Source of the DNA: Protoeuglena noctilucae
Lineage: Eukaryota
DNA length: 64,000 nucleotides
Assembly: GCA_958009085.1 (NCBI GenBank)
Contig: OY253680.1
Location: 496,001-560,000, forward strand
Reading direction: 5' to 3'
A model generated the notes under the pieces. The model saw only the letters and a program-made list of their open reading frames with translations. It was not told the DNA's origin and searched no databases. Both the position numbers and the translations under genes were made by a program. Positions 12,044 to 23,121 of this stretch are shown in pieces; position 1 is the first letter of the stretch; every line of letters starts with the position of its first letter.

Positions 12044-13162
12044 TCACATCCCGCCCCGCTCTCCAGGGCTCCTCCCGACCCTCTCCACCATCTCGTAGTA
12101 GTCCCTCGACCCAGGGTCCTCCTCGGCCCCCATCCCTCGCACTCCCTCGCTCAGCGGCCCCACCGCGCCCGTGTACGGCTCATGCTCGGGAGTCTTGCTG
12201 GTCCCAGCGGCCTTGAAGATGCCCGTCTCCTGGATGACGCGACGCCCGGGGCGGTACTCCTCCTGCATGCGCCTGGTCTCGCTGGCACTCATGACCCCAG
12301 TCGCCCTCGGCTGCTGAAGCCCCGGCTGCACTGCTCCCGCCGTCGGCTGCAGCGGCCCCCCGGTGCGGGTCGGGAACACCGTCGCCGGTGCCACCTCCTC
12401 GATCACCGCCACCTCCATCTCCTCCGGCGTGGTCGTCTCCTCCTCCTCTCCGCTCTCCCCGCTCTCGTACTCCTCGCGCCGCCCCTCCTGGGCGCGGCTC
12501 GGGCCCGCCTGCTGCACAGGGCCAGCAGGCGGTCCCTCCGGATGCCGCAGGTGCGGCTCGACGCGCACGGGGACCATGGGCGACTTGCGAGAGCGGCCCT
12601 TCCGATCCTTCATCCAGCTCATGAACGGCCGGGGCTCTGCGGAGGCAAGCGAGAGGGTCACGTTGGCAGAGCTCTAAGCGCACAATCCAACCGCTCCACG
12701 ACACATCCCAGCTCGCCAGCAAGCCCCTAACCAAGACCCGGGGCTGGGCTGTGCCAGTACGCCAGGCCACGCCGCAGTCGCCGCACTCCAGCCATGCGAC
12801 AGAGCATCTGCCACCCGCCCAACACCCGCATCCCCATCCACGCAAGCGAATCGCAAGCACGCCCCCATGACCCACTCACTCTTCTTCCTCAGCTTGTCCT
12901 CCTCCGTCAGCGGCACGTCGCCCGCTGCGATGGCCGGGGGGCCCCGATCTCCGCGCGCCTGGTGGTACTTCTCCCTGCCCTGGTCCCGCATCGACTGCGC
13001 CGCGCCCATGGCCACGTCCCGGGCCTCGGACAGCGCCTCCTTGCCCCTCTGAGTGGCCTTGCGCATGGCGCCCTTGGCCCGCCCCATGCGACCCTTGCGC
13101 TCGCCGCCCCTCGCGCCCTCCTGCACCTCCCGAGGCTCACGCCCCTGCCTCTCGACCTCCAT
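12044..13162 (-). CDS. Hypothetical hydrophilic protein with LEA-like N-terminal helix
   Basis: Exon MEVERQGRE..GRAKGAMRKATQRGKEALSEARDVAMGAAQSMRDQGREKY..KK joins in frame via a GT-AG intron to PRPFMSWMKDRK..ERGGM*. Charged low-complexity composition; termini uncertain. Confidence 0.55.
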
Positions 13163-13359
13163 CGTTACCTGGCTCTCTGGATCGATAGGCTCAATCCGCC
13201 CTCGCAGCTCGCAGCCACCCTCAGGAGTCAACTGCGTCGCACATCAGAACCACAACTCAGTGTCACGACCCCACTACAACGCTTGAACCCTCCCCCCCAG
13301 CCCTCTATGTCCGCATGAGCACAGCGCAGTTTGCTATGCCACACACGCCAGTCCTTGCC

Positions 13360-14557
13360 TTAATGCTCCTCACGCAGTCCTTGCTGCTCGGCACCCGCCG
13401 GAGACTCTTCCACGTGCTCCTTTGCCCGTCCCGCCACCTGGCCTGCCTTCTCCTTCGCCTCGCCGCCCACCTCCTGAGCCTTGCCAGCGATGCCCGACCC
13501 CTCTCCCGCTGCTTGCTCCTTCACCTGGCCGGCCTTCTGACCCGCCTTGTCCTTCGCCTCCCCAGCCGCCTCCTTGGCCTTGCCAGTGATGCCCGAGCCC
13601 TCTCCAGCTGCTTGCTCCTTCACTTGACCCGCCTTCTCCTTTGCCTCGCCGCCCACTTCCTTGGCCTTGCCGGTGATGCCCGAGCCCTCCCCAACTCGGT
13701 CCTTGAGTTGACCTGCCTTCTCCTTGGCCTTGCCACCTAGCTCCTTGGCTTTGCCGCCCACGTCCTTGGCCTTGCCCCGGATCTGCGGGTGACGCGGGGC
13801 ATGCCGATGCAGGTCGCTCGACGCGCCCCCAAAAGCGCACAGGAGCGGTGCCGACACGAGGTTGTGCGAGTCCTGGGAAACCGGCGCCGACGGCGAGAAA
13901 CGAAAGGCGCGAGCGGCTCCAAGCAACGCTCGCCTGGGGAAGCAACCCAGCAACCAGCTCTATGCCCTGGGAGACCCCGCTGCAGTGCCCCGGCTGGCCC
14001 TGGATAGCGAGTGCAACGCCCACTGCCTGGAGGGGCGGCGGGCGAGACGCGCTCAGGCGTCCGCCGCGCCCCCAACGCGCCGCAGGTGCCGTGGCTCGTC
14101 ACCTTCTCGGCGAACTCTCGGGCCCGCTCGCCCGCCCCCTCGCCGCCGCCGAACTTGGACGACACGCCCTTCGCCACCTGACCGGCGGCCTCTTGGATGG
14201 CTTTCGCGGCGTCGGGGCTCAGCACCCGCTCGTCCTCGGGGCCGGCTTGGACGGGCTCCTCGGAGGCCGCGGTGAGGGGACCGTCGATGCGGCCGGTACG
14301 AACCGGACGGTTGACTCCGTTGTTGCAAAGGCAGATGCACCCTGCGGAGACGGAGAGCGGCTCGTCGGCGTCGAGAAAGTGCTGGTGGACGCGCTCGAAG
14401 AGGCGCTCGAGGTCACGGCGCCTCGTCGCGACGGCGTCCAGACGCGAGGGTGGCATACATCCGGTTGGCGGCGCCGGCGGAGCGACGAGGCCCGGAATAG
14501 CGCGGCGAAACCAGGCTCACACATAAAGCCAGGAGGAGGGCCTCGCTTTGGCGCCAT
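13360..14557 (-). CDS. LEA/hydrophilin-like repeat protein
   Basis: Last exon (13360-13782) encodes repeated GEGSGITGKAKEVGGEAKEKAGQVKEQAA units. The preceding exon DAAKAIQEAAGQVAKGVSSKFGGGEGAGERAREFAEK joins via intron 13783-14102. 5' end unresolved. Confidence 0.6.
13420..13780 (-). repeat. Coding tandem repeat (about 87-99 bp units) of the LEA-like gene
   Basis: Recurring ccttgcc..gatgcccga.ccctc and ccttctcctt motifs; three copies of GEGSGI(T/A)GKA in translation. Confidence 0.85.
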
Positions 14558-14817
14558 GTCACCCGCTTGTCTTGAATGAATTCCACATCGAGAGGCTCTT
14601 TGGCGTCTCTTGTGCGCGAGGCTGACACGGTGGGGTCTGGCGAAATGCCCGCGATCTCCCCGACGCCGCGCTGCCCCCCCCTCTTAAATCCATAATAAGA
14701 CTGCCACTCGCGGCGCTGGACTCTGCCTGTTGTGATTCCTCCTACCTCGTCCACGCCGCGCCGCTCCCAGAGTCGTTCTCCGGGCCGGCGGGTCGGCCTT
14801 ACTGACACATCGTGCCC

Positions 14818-16576
14818 ATGAGCGCGCTTCGGGCTCCCCTGGGCCCCGCGGCGACGGCCCCTGAGCGCTCCCTGAGGAACCTCGCCGCCAGCACCTCGCA
14901 GGCCTGCGCATGCCGCGCCTCGCTGGTCGCGCCGGCGCGCGGCCGTCAAGTCCTGCACCGGACGGGGCAGGGCTGGCGCAACGTGCGCGCGAGCGTGCGC
15001 TCGGCGGAGCTCCCGACCGCAACCGTCGCCCTCCCGGCATCGGCGGACCCCGGCCTGCTCGCGGCGTCTCGGGAGACGGGATTCGCTCTCAGGCTCGCGG
15101 AACCTCTCTCCAAACACTGCACGTGGGTGAGGGAGCCGCGCGAGGAACCGGCGCGGCGGGTCGGAGTGGCTAATGCGCGCATCCCATGACAGCTGTTAGC
15201 CCGCCGGCGCCGATACCGCGCAGGGAATCGGGGGCCCGGCCAAGTACTTCGCCGAGGTGTCGACTAAGCAACAGGCCTGCGCCGCTTTGTCGGCTGCGGA
15301 CCGGGCCGGCATCCCCGTGTACGTGCTGGGCCGCGGCTCCAACACGCTCTTCGACGACCGCGGATTCGACGGCCTGGTGGTCCTGAACAGGCGAGGATGG
15401 ATATACGACCACGAATCGCGCACCGTGGCCCCCATCGATCGGCCCTCTGCGCGCGCTGACGCCGCACATGCCCCGATGCTCCAGGCTGGACTACGCCGCG
15501 CGCCTCCGCCGGCCGGGGGACGCGGCCGATGACGTGACGGTCGTCGCTGGAGGAGGCACGCCTCTGAACGTCCTCGCCGCCCGCCTCTCGGGCGACGGCG
15601 TCGGGGGCCTCGAGTTTGCTGTCGGCATCCCCGGCACGGTCGGTGGGGCCGCGTTCATGAACGCCGGCGCGCACGGCGCCTGGTGAGCGGCGCGAGGGGC
15701 TTCGCGGCACCTGCGGCGGCCCCGCGTCGCGCACCGCCGAGCCCCGCGTGCGGCACGTGCCCGCAGCCTGGCTGACGTCGTGCAGTCGGTCACCATCTGC
15801 ACGTCTTCCGGCGAGCCCGTCGAGCTCAGCGGCGAGCACCTGGACTTTGCGTACCGCCGGTCCGCCCTCTTCGACTTCGCCTCGCCGTGCCTGGTGCTTG
15901 AGGTCCGCCTGTCGCTCCGTCGGGACCCCCAGGCCTCGGCCCGTGCCCGCGAGTGGCTGCTGCACCGAGTCGCCACGCAGCCCGTGTCGGCCAAGAGTGC
16001 GGGGTGCGCTTTCCGCAACCCCGGGTGAGCCGCCCGTCCCTGCTGCTCCGCCTGCCCCGGCCAACACTCGCTGGGTGTGCCCACCGACACGAGTTTCGCG
16101 ACCAATTGACCTGCGCGCAGCCCCCAGGTCTAAGAGCGCCGGCTGGCTCATCGACTCGTGTGGCCTCAAGGGCGTGGCGGTGGGTGGCGCCCGTGTGTCG
16201 GACCTCCATGCCAACTTCATTGTCAACGCGGCCAGTGCCACCTCCCGCGACGTGCGGCGCCTCCTGAGGGTGCGTGGCCGAGCGGCGACCATGCAAGGCA
16301 CTTCGCCGCTGTCTGTCGATGCCACGGCCCGTGGGGGCGTAGCGGCTGTGCCTGTCTGGGTGTTCCAGGCGGCCGCGCAGCCTGGTGCGACCCAGCGCCA
16401 TGGCCCTTTGGCCGCAGCCATTACGGCCCTGATTGGACTCATCGACTTCCATGCCAACTCGCTGATTCCCTGCGCAGCTCGTGGAGGAGGTCGTCTACCA
16501 CAAGACTGGCCAGCGCTTGGCCAGGGAGGTCGTGGTAGTGCCCTACAGCCCTGCGCCCAAGGCGGAGGTCCAGTAG
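14818..16576 (+). CDS. murB: UDP-N-acetylenolpyruvoylglucosamine reductase (MurB), probably plastid-targeted
   Basis: [117 protein letters not shown]. About 85-aa Ala/Arg/Ser-rich N-extension; 5 introns. Confidence 0.95.
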
Positions 16577-16585
16577 CAATGCTAG

Positions 16586-16590
16586 TGTAA
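16586..16590 (+). promoter_or_regulatory. Putative TGTAA polyadenylation signal (chlorophyte type)
   Basis: TGTAA just after the murB stop. Similar motifs lie downstream of CFAP141-like (8400-8404, minus), ABC1K (28570-28574, minus) and DCL (38425-38429, plus). Confidence 0.55.
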
Positions 16591-16815
16591 CTAACACTAG
16601 ATTGGTTACCTTGCCTACTCGTCCACCCGTGAGACGCCAGCGCCGGCCGTCCGCCCAGCTACCACCGACGACCGGTGTCACTAGCGATGGGAATTCGAGC
16701 TGCGCGATTCCCAGAGCATCCTACGCAGAGCACGATTGCACGATTCCAGCGCACACCTGCAGAGCTCCCAGAGTGACGCGCCGACGAGCATTGAAAGCGA
16801 GAATGCAATTCCACA

Positions 16816-19612
16816 CTACTTCAGTGCTGTCACTTCCCCCGCACACAGCTGTATCCCGACGACCCGGCTGCGCTCTACCTCCAGCACGGCCAGGCCCATC
16901 TCGGAAAGCGCCTCGGCGCCCCGTTCAGCATCAAAGTCGCACTTGACCCCGTGCCGCTCCAGCCACCCCGCCACCGTCTCCGAAACCTGTTGCAGCCGCA
17001 CACCCGCCGACTTGGGTGGTGGACCTGCCTCTCGGCAATCCCCATCGACGCCCCCGCCACTGCTGGTACCTGCTCTTGCAGTTGCGCCCGACCCCGGCTC
17101 GGCCGCATGCAAGGGGCGCCGCACCTCATCCATCGCTGAGCGCAGGACTTCGTCCATCACCCCCGTGTCCCCCACAGTCGCCCTCGGCCCTGACCTACGT
17201 GAACTGTCCGCCCTTTCCAACTCATCGCCCGCAAAGACGGGAACCTCCGTGTTCCGCTCCTGAGGCCCAGCTGCCGCTCTATCCCCATCCCTGCGCCCTC
17301 CCACACCCTCCACGGCCCCACCCAAGGCCCCTGCTGCCACTCCATCCCCATCCCTGCGCCCTCCCACACCCTCCACGGCCCCCGCCGCTCCTCCTCTCTC
17401 GGCCAGTCGTCGCGCAGCCGCGTACACGAGCGCTGCCTGCGCTCCCTGCTGTAAGCCCACCTCGTGCGCCACGTGGGTGAGGCTGGCGGGGCCCGCAGCC
17501 ACGGTCAGAGAGTGCAGGATCCGCAGCACCTGCCGGTCGCTCGCCGTCACCAATCTGCTTGCAGGACAGGCGGCTTAAGATGCTCAGATTCCAGTGGACA
17601 CCTGCTGCCCTGACTTGCTTGCTAGGGCACATCGCGTCGTTCTCGGAACCACGCATGGGTGTCGCGCGTGCCGTTGTTACGACTCGCCTATAATAAGTCA
17701 GGCCGGCTCTCAGGAGAGCTCCGGCAGCTCCGATGATGCTGAGGGCCTCCAGCAGGGGGGTGCCCCACTTGGCACTCGCCGCAGCTCCCCCTAGCGCCAG
17801 GAACGTCACGAGGTCGGCGCGCACGGCGTCCACCGGCCTGCAGCGAGAAACTAGGGAGAGCCAGTGTGCATGGCATCCACAGACAGCAACGTAGTCGGCA
17901 ACTACCTCGCCCAGCCTTGCTCACGGAGCAATCTGCAATGCACGAGAGGGAATGCAGGCGGCGGACGTGAATAAACGCCCCATCAATCGTGCTGCTGTGG
18001 GCGGCAAAAGGCAGGGTTTCTCACCGCAGGCTGAGGAAGCGGCTGGGAAGCACGACGCGCCAGTTGCGCACCGGCACGTCGTGGTACAGCCGGACGTACA
18101 GCTCGGGCTCTCCTCGGTCGTCGGCCCCCGCCCCCGACCGCGTCCTCCTTCGCACAGCGTCCTGAATGCCAGTCAGCACACCCGCTCCAGGGTGCCGCCA
18201 GCACACCACAGCAACCTCCAAGAAGGTCGGCTCGCGTAAAGTGACTTTGGATGTGAGGAAGTCCCAGATGCCGCGGTTCCTGGCGAAAGGACGCACGGCG
18301 CCAAACGCGTCCGCTAGACCGACGCGGCGAACCGTCTGCGTGGGCGTCACGGCGCCACGGCCGCCGTCGTCCGCGGGAGGGAGACCGGGAGGGTCCGCGA
18401 GGAGCGTGCTAAGGGATCCGAGGCCCAGGGACGCACCCACTGCATTGGCAGCCGTGCGGGCAGCACGCCCGGCGGCAGAGAGGGGCCCTGGGGCTGACGC
18501 GGCGACCTCAGCGGTGCTGCCGGGAGCGAGGGACGTTGCGAGTTGCCCCGCCCAGGACAGCAGGCGCCTGCGACGAGACGTGTCCTGAGTGCCGTGAGAT
18601 GGCAGCGCTGGGGCGATGGGGGCACTCCACGCATGGCGCCACAAAGACACAACCGCTGCAAAGAGCCACGTCGGGTTGCCAGGCGCACGCCGCTCACTTG
18701 ACCCCAGACTTGCACGCCTTCCACGTCTTTCGCACCACTTCCCCTTGCAAGAAATCCAGCTTGGCCAACAGGTGCCTCCCTTCCTCCTCCTTCTCCCCAA
18801 AGCCGCTCACAAACACCAGCACCTTGCCAAGCTCAGCCTCGCGTGCCGCTGCGAGCAGGGCAGGGCAGGTGGATGCCTTCCAGGCTTCTAAGCGCATGAC
18901 GCGCATGCAGCTTCATACTGCACCCGTGTGTATTAAGAACCCATGGCTCGCCTGCATCGGCGTCCTGCAAGGCCACGACGGGCCTCGGATCGATGGCGGA
19001 GTCGTTCACGCGCACCAGCAAGCGGCCCACATAGTCACTGCATAGCAAATCCACGAGGTCGAGGTCCCGGGAGTTCAGGAGGCGATACCCCGCACCCTCC
19101 ATCTCAGCGTGGATGGCCCGCGTGATTTGCATCCGGCCCGCAAAGTCCCGCTCCTCCTCTCCATTCCCCGGACCAGCCGGCGGCGCAGGGGTGGACTTCC
19201 CGGCCGACTTCCCGCGCATCACGTCGCGCCGGTACCGAGCTGCGTCCAGCGTCCCGGCCATCTCGAGGCTCCGCAGCGCCGATACTGTCGCCACCGCCCG
19301 TGCGCGCCGGTAGACCGCAGAAACCTCGCCCGTGGATGCCCCCAGCAATGACGATACCTCCCGCTCCGTCAGGCGGAGGCGCCGGGAGGGCTGAACGGGA
19401 ACCTCAAAAACAGTCGCATTGGGCGCAGACGACGCGCGAAGTCGCGACCTGCCGGTGCCAGCGCCGGTACCAGTTTCGAGAACCCTCCTTGCGGACAGCC
19501 AGATGAAGGACCGGCTCAACCCCCTGAGCCGGAAAGGCCCCGCTTCTCCCGTTGCGTGGAGCAAGCATCGCATGCCCCGCTGATTGGCTGAGCAGCTCCC
19601 GCGATTAGCCAT
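16816..19612 (-). CDS. DUF3754 family protein, probably plastid-targeted
   Basis: MEGAGYRLLNSRDLDL..DYVGRLLVRVN, KVLVFVSGFGE..GRHLLAKLDFLQ, FLTSKVTLREPTFLEVAVV, LYVRLYHDVP..VVLP..|PVDAVRADLVT, followed by a hydrophobic segment. Start uncertain. Confidence 0.75.
17270..17390. repeat. 63-bp tandem duplication inside the DUF3754 C-terminal exon
   Basis: atccccatccctgcgccctcccacaccctccacggccc occurs at about 17281 and 17344; encodes AVEGVGGRRDGD twice. Confidence 0.85.
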
Positions 19613-19881
19613 CGAACATGTTTATGACATGTGCAAACTCGCACGCCATCAAAGCGAACCTCTCGGCATCCCTCCAGCCGGTTCACACTTGGTTCCTGCG
19701 AGCACTGGCGGGAACGCTGGCACGCTGGCGCCCCGCGATATAGATACGCTGGGGACTCCGCGTTGGGGAGAAGCGTCCATCCCGACGCTGCAGCTACTCG
19801 CTCATCGCGCTGTCCATGTCCGCACTGCTCGCGAAGGTCGGTGTCGTGATTTAGACTTGCTTCCCCGAGGGGAGGGCGACG

Positions 19882-22722
19882 ATGACGGTCCTGGCATGCC
19901 ACCTGGCCCCTTGTTCGGTGATGGGGCCGAGGAAGGACGAGAACGCGCGTGGACCCTTGGTTCGGCGGCGGCCCGGGGCGCTTGACGGTGTGCGTGTGTG
20001 CGTGTGCCGGGGGAAAGAAACCCGCGCTTGGGAGCGGGAGGGAGGGGAAACCTTTGCAAGGAAGGTTCAAGCGGTGTTGTTGGCCGGAGCTGTGAGCCTG
20101 GCATCGGCGAGCGGGGCACAGGCGGGAGCAATCGGTGCTTCACACATCTGGGGCTCGGAGCGCGACCGGCCGATACTTGATGCGAGGAACGTGATCCCGG
20201 TGAGATTGCTGCTTGCATTAATGTCTCGCCGCCTACGAGCATCGGGATCGCAAGTCGCTCAGGAGTCCGCATCAAGCACCTTTGATTGGCCGCTCCCCTG
20301 AGCACCGCCCGTCTCGCTCGCTGCCCACGCGTGCCTGCGCATATGCTAGGCTCGTGATATGCGATCACGAGAGATCCGGAGCCTGCCTGGAACCGCCCGC
20401 AGGCGACGGAGGCGCGTTTAGCGGAGGGCGCAAACATCCCCACAGAGTTCCCCCCGCTCCCCGAGCTCAAGCCGGCACCATACCAGGCGAGAGGCCGCTT
20501 ACCTGATGCTATGTCGTTCTCCCATGTGTCCCTATCCGCGACCCGGCGAGCCTAGCCTTGAGTTGCTTTGGACACGTCATCGCAGAAATTCAAGCTCAAG
20601 AACGGCCTCACGGTGTATCTGTTTGAGGACCACGAGGTGCCTCTCCTGCGTGGCACTGTGGTATTCAAGGGCGGCAGCCGCGTGGAGCCGGAGGAGAAGG
20701 CGGGCCTGACTCAAATCATGGCGGGTGAGGCGGTGGCGGTGAAGGGTCCTGCGAGGGTCCCGCACCACCCTGCCAGCCTACGTCGCCAAGGAAGTGCATT
20801 CCTCTCGCTTCCGTTTGCCCACGCAGCGGTCCAACGCACGGGTGGGTCCGTGCAGCACCCTGGGAAGGCCCTAGAGGACGAGCTGGAGGAGCTGGCGGCG
20901 CAGATTGAGACGGGGACCAGCGAGAACGCCACGAGGCGAGTCCTGTCATGATTGGGCATGGGCTGGTTGGAATTGACTGAGGCTGTGCAGCAGTGCAGCG
21001 GAGGGGGGTTTGGCTGCATTAGCTGTGGGTACGACATTCCCGCGCGCGCGTGAGTGCGTGGCTCCCCTCCACCTTCGCAGCGTGGGCTTTGAGTGCCTCC
21101 CGGAGGACGCGGCCAAGGTGATGAGCCTCTTCCTCGAAGTGGTGACGTCCCCGGCGTTCGGGGAAGAGAAGGTTGCGCTGGCCAAGACCCAAGCGCTCGA
21201 CTACATCGCGCACCGCAACGACGCCCCCGCGGCCATCCCGGCCCGCGAGGTGCGGCGGCTGCTGTACGGTCCTCAGAGCCCGTACGCCCGCCTCCCCACG
21301 CGCGCCAACGTGGAGGGCCTCACCCGGGACGACCTTCTGCAGTTCGCCGCCAAGTGGCAGCGGCCCGACCTGGGCTACCTGGGCATCGGTGAGGACCGCA
21401 ATGACACACGCGTAGCCCGCGCCTGACCGCCGCGTTCGCCCACCGCGACGGCTGCCGGGGTCATGCTGATGGCCCACACGTTGTGCGCAGTCGGCGACTT
21501 TTCGACGCCGGAGATGCGTGCCCTGGTGACGGACCTCTTCGGCGCCTGGAAGCTTCCCAAGGACCAGCCGTCCAAGCCGCCGGCCGTCCCCACCATCCCC
21601 ATCCCGTACCCTTCCGCCGCCCCGTTCCCGAACATCATTGTGCCGCCCGTGACTCCCATGACCCCTGCTCCTACCGTGCCCCCGGTGGACGCCGCAGAGG
21701 CGAGGACGGCGGGGCCACATGCAGAGCGAGTGGTCCAAGCTGTATGTTGCATCTGATCCTGTCGCTGTTGGGAGGGTCAGGACCCAACTTGCTGTCAGTC
21801 GGGGGATCAGGCGTAAACGCGCCTCGTCCCGTGGTGGTCGCAGGGTGCGAGCAAAGCGGGCGCATCGGGTGCCGCTGTCCCCGCGCCCCCGGCGCCGTCT
21901 GCGATGCCGCTGTACCTGGTGCCGCGGCCGGGCCTTTCCAGCACGACGCTGGCCTTTGGGGAGCTCGGGGTGACCGTGCGGGACCCGGAGGCCCCTGCGT
22001 TAGACGTGGCCAACATCATGCTCAACTCGTTCGGCGGGCGGCTGTTCACGGAGGTGCGCTCCAAGATGGGCCTGTCATACAGCGTGTCGGGTCGGTGGGA
22101 CATGGAGGCGAACTACAACGGCACCTTCATGGTGGTCGCGGACACGGACCAGCCGGCGGAGACGATCGCCAAGGTGAGCGTGCGGGCCCCTCCGTGCAGC
22201 CTGGCCCCACACGCCCGGTGCCTCAACGGAGCAGGCCCGTGGCTGGCCCTTGTGACCCCTGGGAGTCGAACCGGCATCGCGAGCGGTTCCCTGCAGATCC
22301 AGGCCGTGCTGGTGGACCTCGCGGAGCGCGAGCCGCCCGCGGAGGAGGTCCAGGCGGCCAAGAGCCGCGCCCTGAACTCGTTCGCCTTCAACTTCAGCAG
22401 CAAAGCCGCGCAGATGGCCCGTGTCATCAGCTACGACATCTACGGCCTCCCGCGCGACTTCCTGTACCGGTGAGGGGGCGAGGACGAGCGGGCCCGGACC
22501 GGCGCGCGGCGTGGAATGGCATGTGAGGGCGCCCCTTGCTGGCCCGCCCACCGCAGAACACAGCGCGACATCCAGGCAGTGACCCCGAAGGCGGTCCAGC
22601 GCGCCGTGCAGAGCCACCTGCACCTGGACAAGCAGCAGATTGTGGTGGTGGGCGATCCGAAGAAGGTGCAGGACAACCTCAGCAAGCTGGGGCGCCCCGT
22701 GGTCCTGGTCCGCCTCGACTGA
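19882..22722 (+). CDS. M16B peptidase family non-catalytic subunit (cyanobacterial type), plastid/possibly lumenal
   Basis: EFPPLPELKPAPYQ|KFKLKNGLTVYLFEDHEVPLLRG..GGSRVEPEEKAGL..|VQRTGGS, RRLLYGPQSPYAR, ALDVANIMLNSFGGRLFTEVRSKMGLSYSV, ALNSFAFNFSS. No HxxEH motif; three GC-AG introns. Confidence 0.88.
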
Positions 22723-23121
22723 GTCAGTGAGTCTGTCCCACGGATCTCACTTTTCCTGTCGCGTGGTTTCATTCTACCGCGAGGCGAAGGGGGCCGGCAA
22801 GTTCAACTCAACCGGCGATGGTAGCCGCGCCCGCACCGATCGACTGAGTCGGGGCGATGTTTGGTGGGCAGCTGCTCTAGGAGGCCCTTCTAGCCTCGTA
22901 GGACCAGGAGATGTGCTACCAAGGCAAATTGTGAATCTTGGGTCGGCTGGAAAGCGCAGGGGCCTCGGGGAAAAGAACGGATTTTGTGGGAAGGGGCTGG
23001 GGCATGCGCGGCAGGGAAAGTCGGGCAGGCGTGGCAAGGGGAGCGTGCCGCCTGCCGGCCGCTGCGTGGCTTCGCGTCACATCACGGTCCAAGCATGCGT
23101 AGTCGAGACGCGTAGAGAGAC

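Noticed and set aside
11674..12216. Plus-strand ORF downstream of APE2 (MLEDVERAMMRHG...)
   Set aside because: No motif, and it overlaps the convergent gene's 3' end; more likely UTR sequence.
13420..13780. CRISPR-like repeat array
   Set aside because: Repeats are degenerate, in frame and coding; there are no unique spacers or cas genes.
14818..22722. Bacterial contamination or recent HGT island (murB, M16, DUF3754)
   Set aside because: All carry spliceosomal introns with the host donor pattern and N-terminal targeting-like leaders, and composition resembles the flanks.
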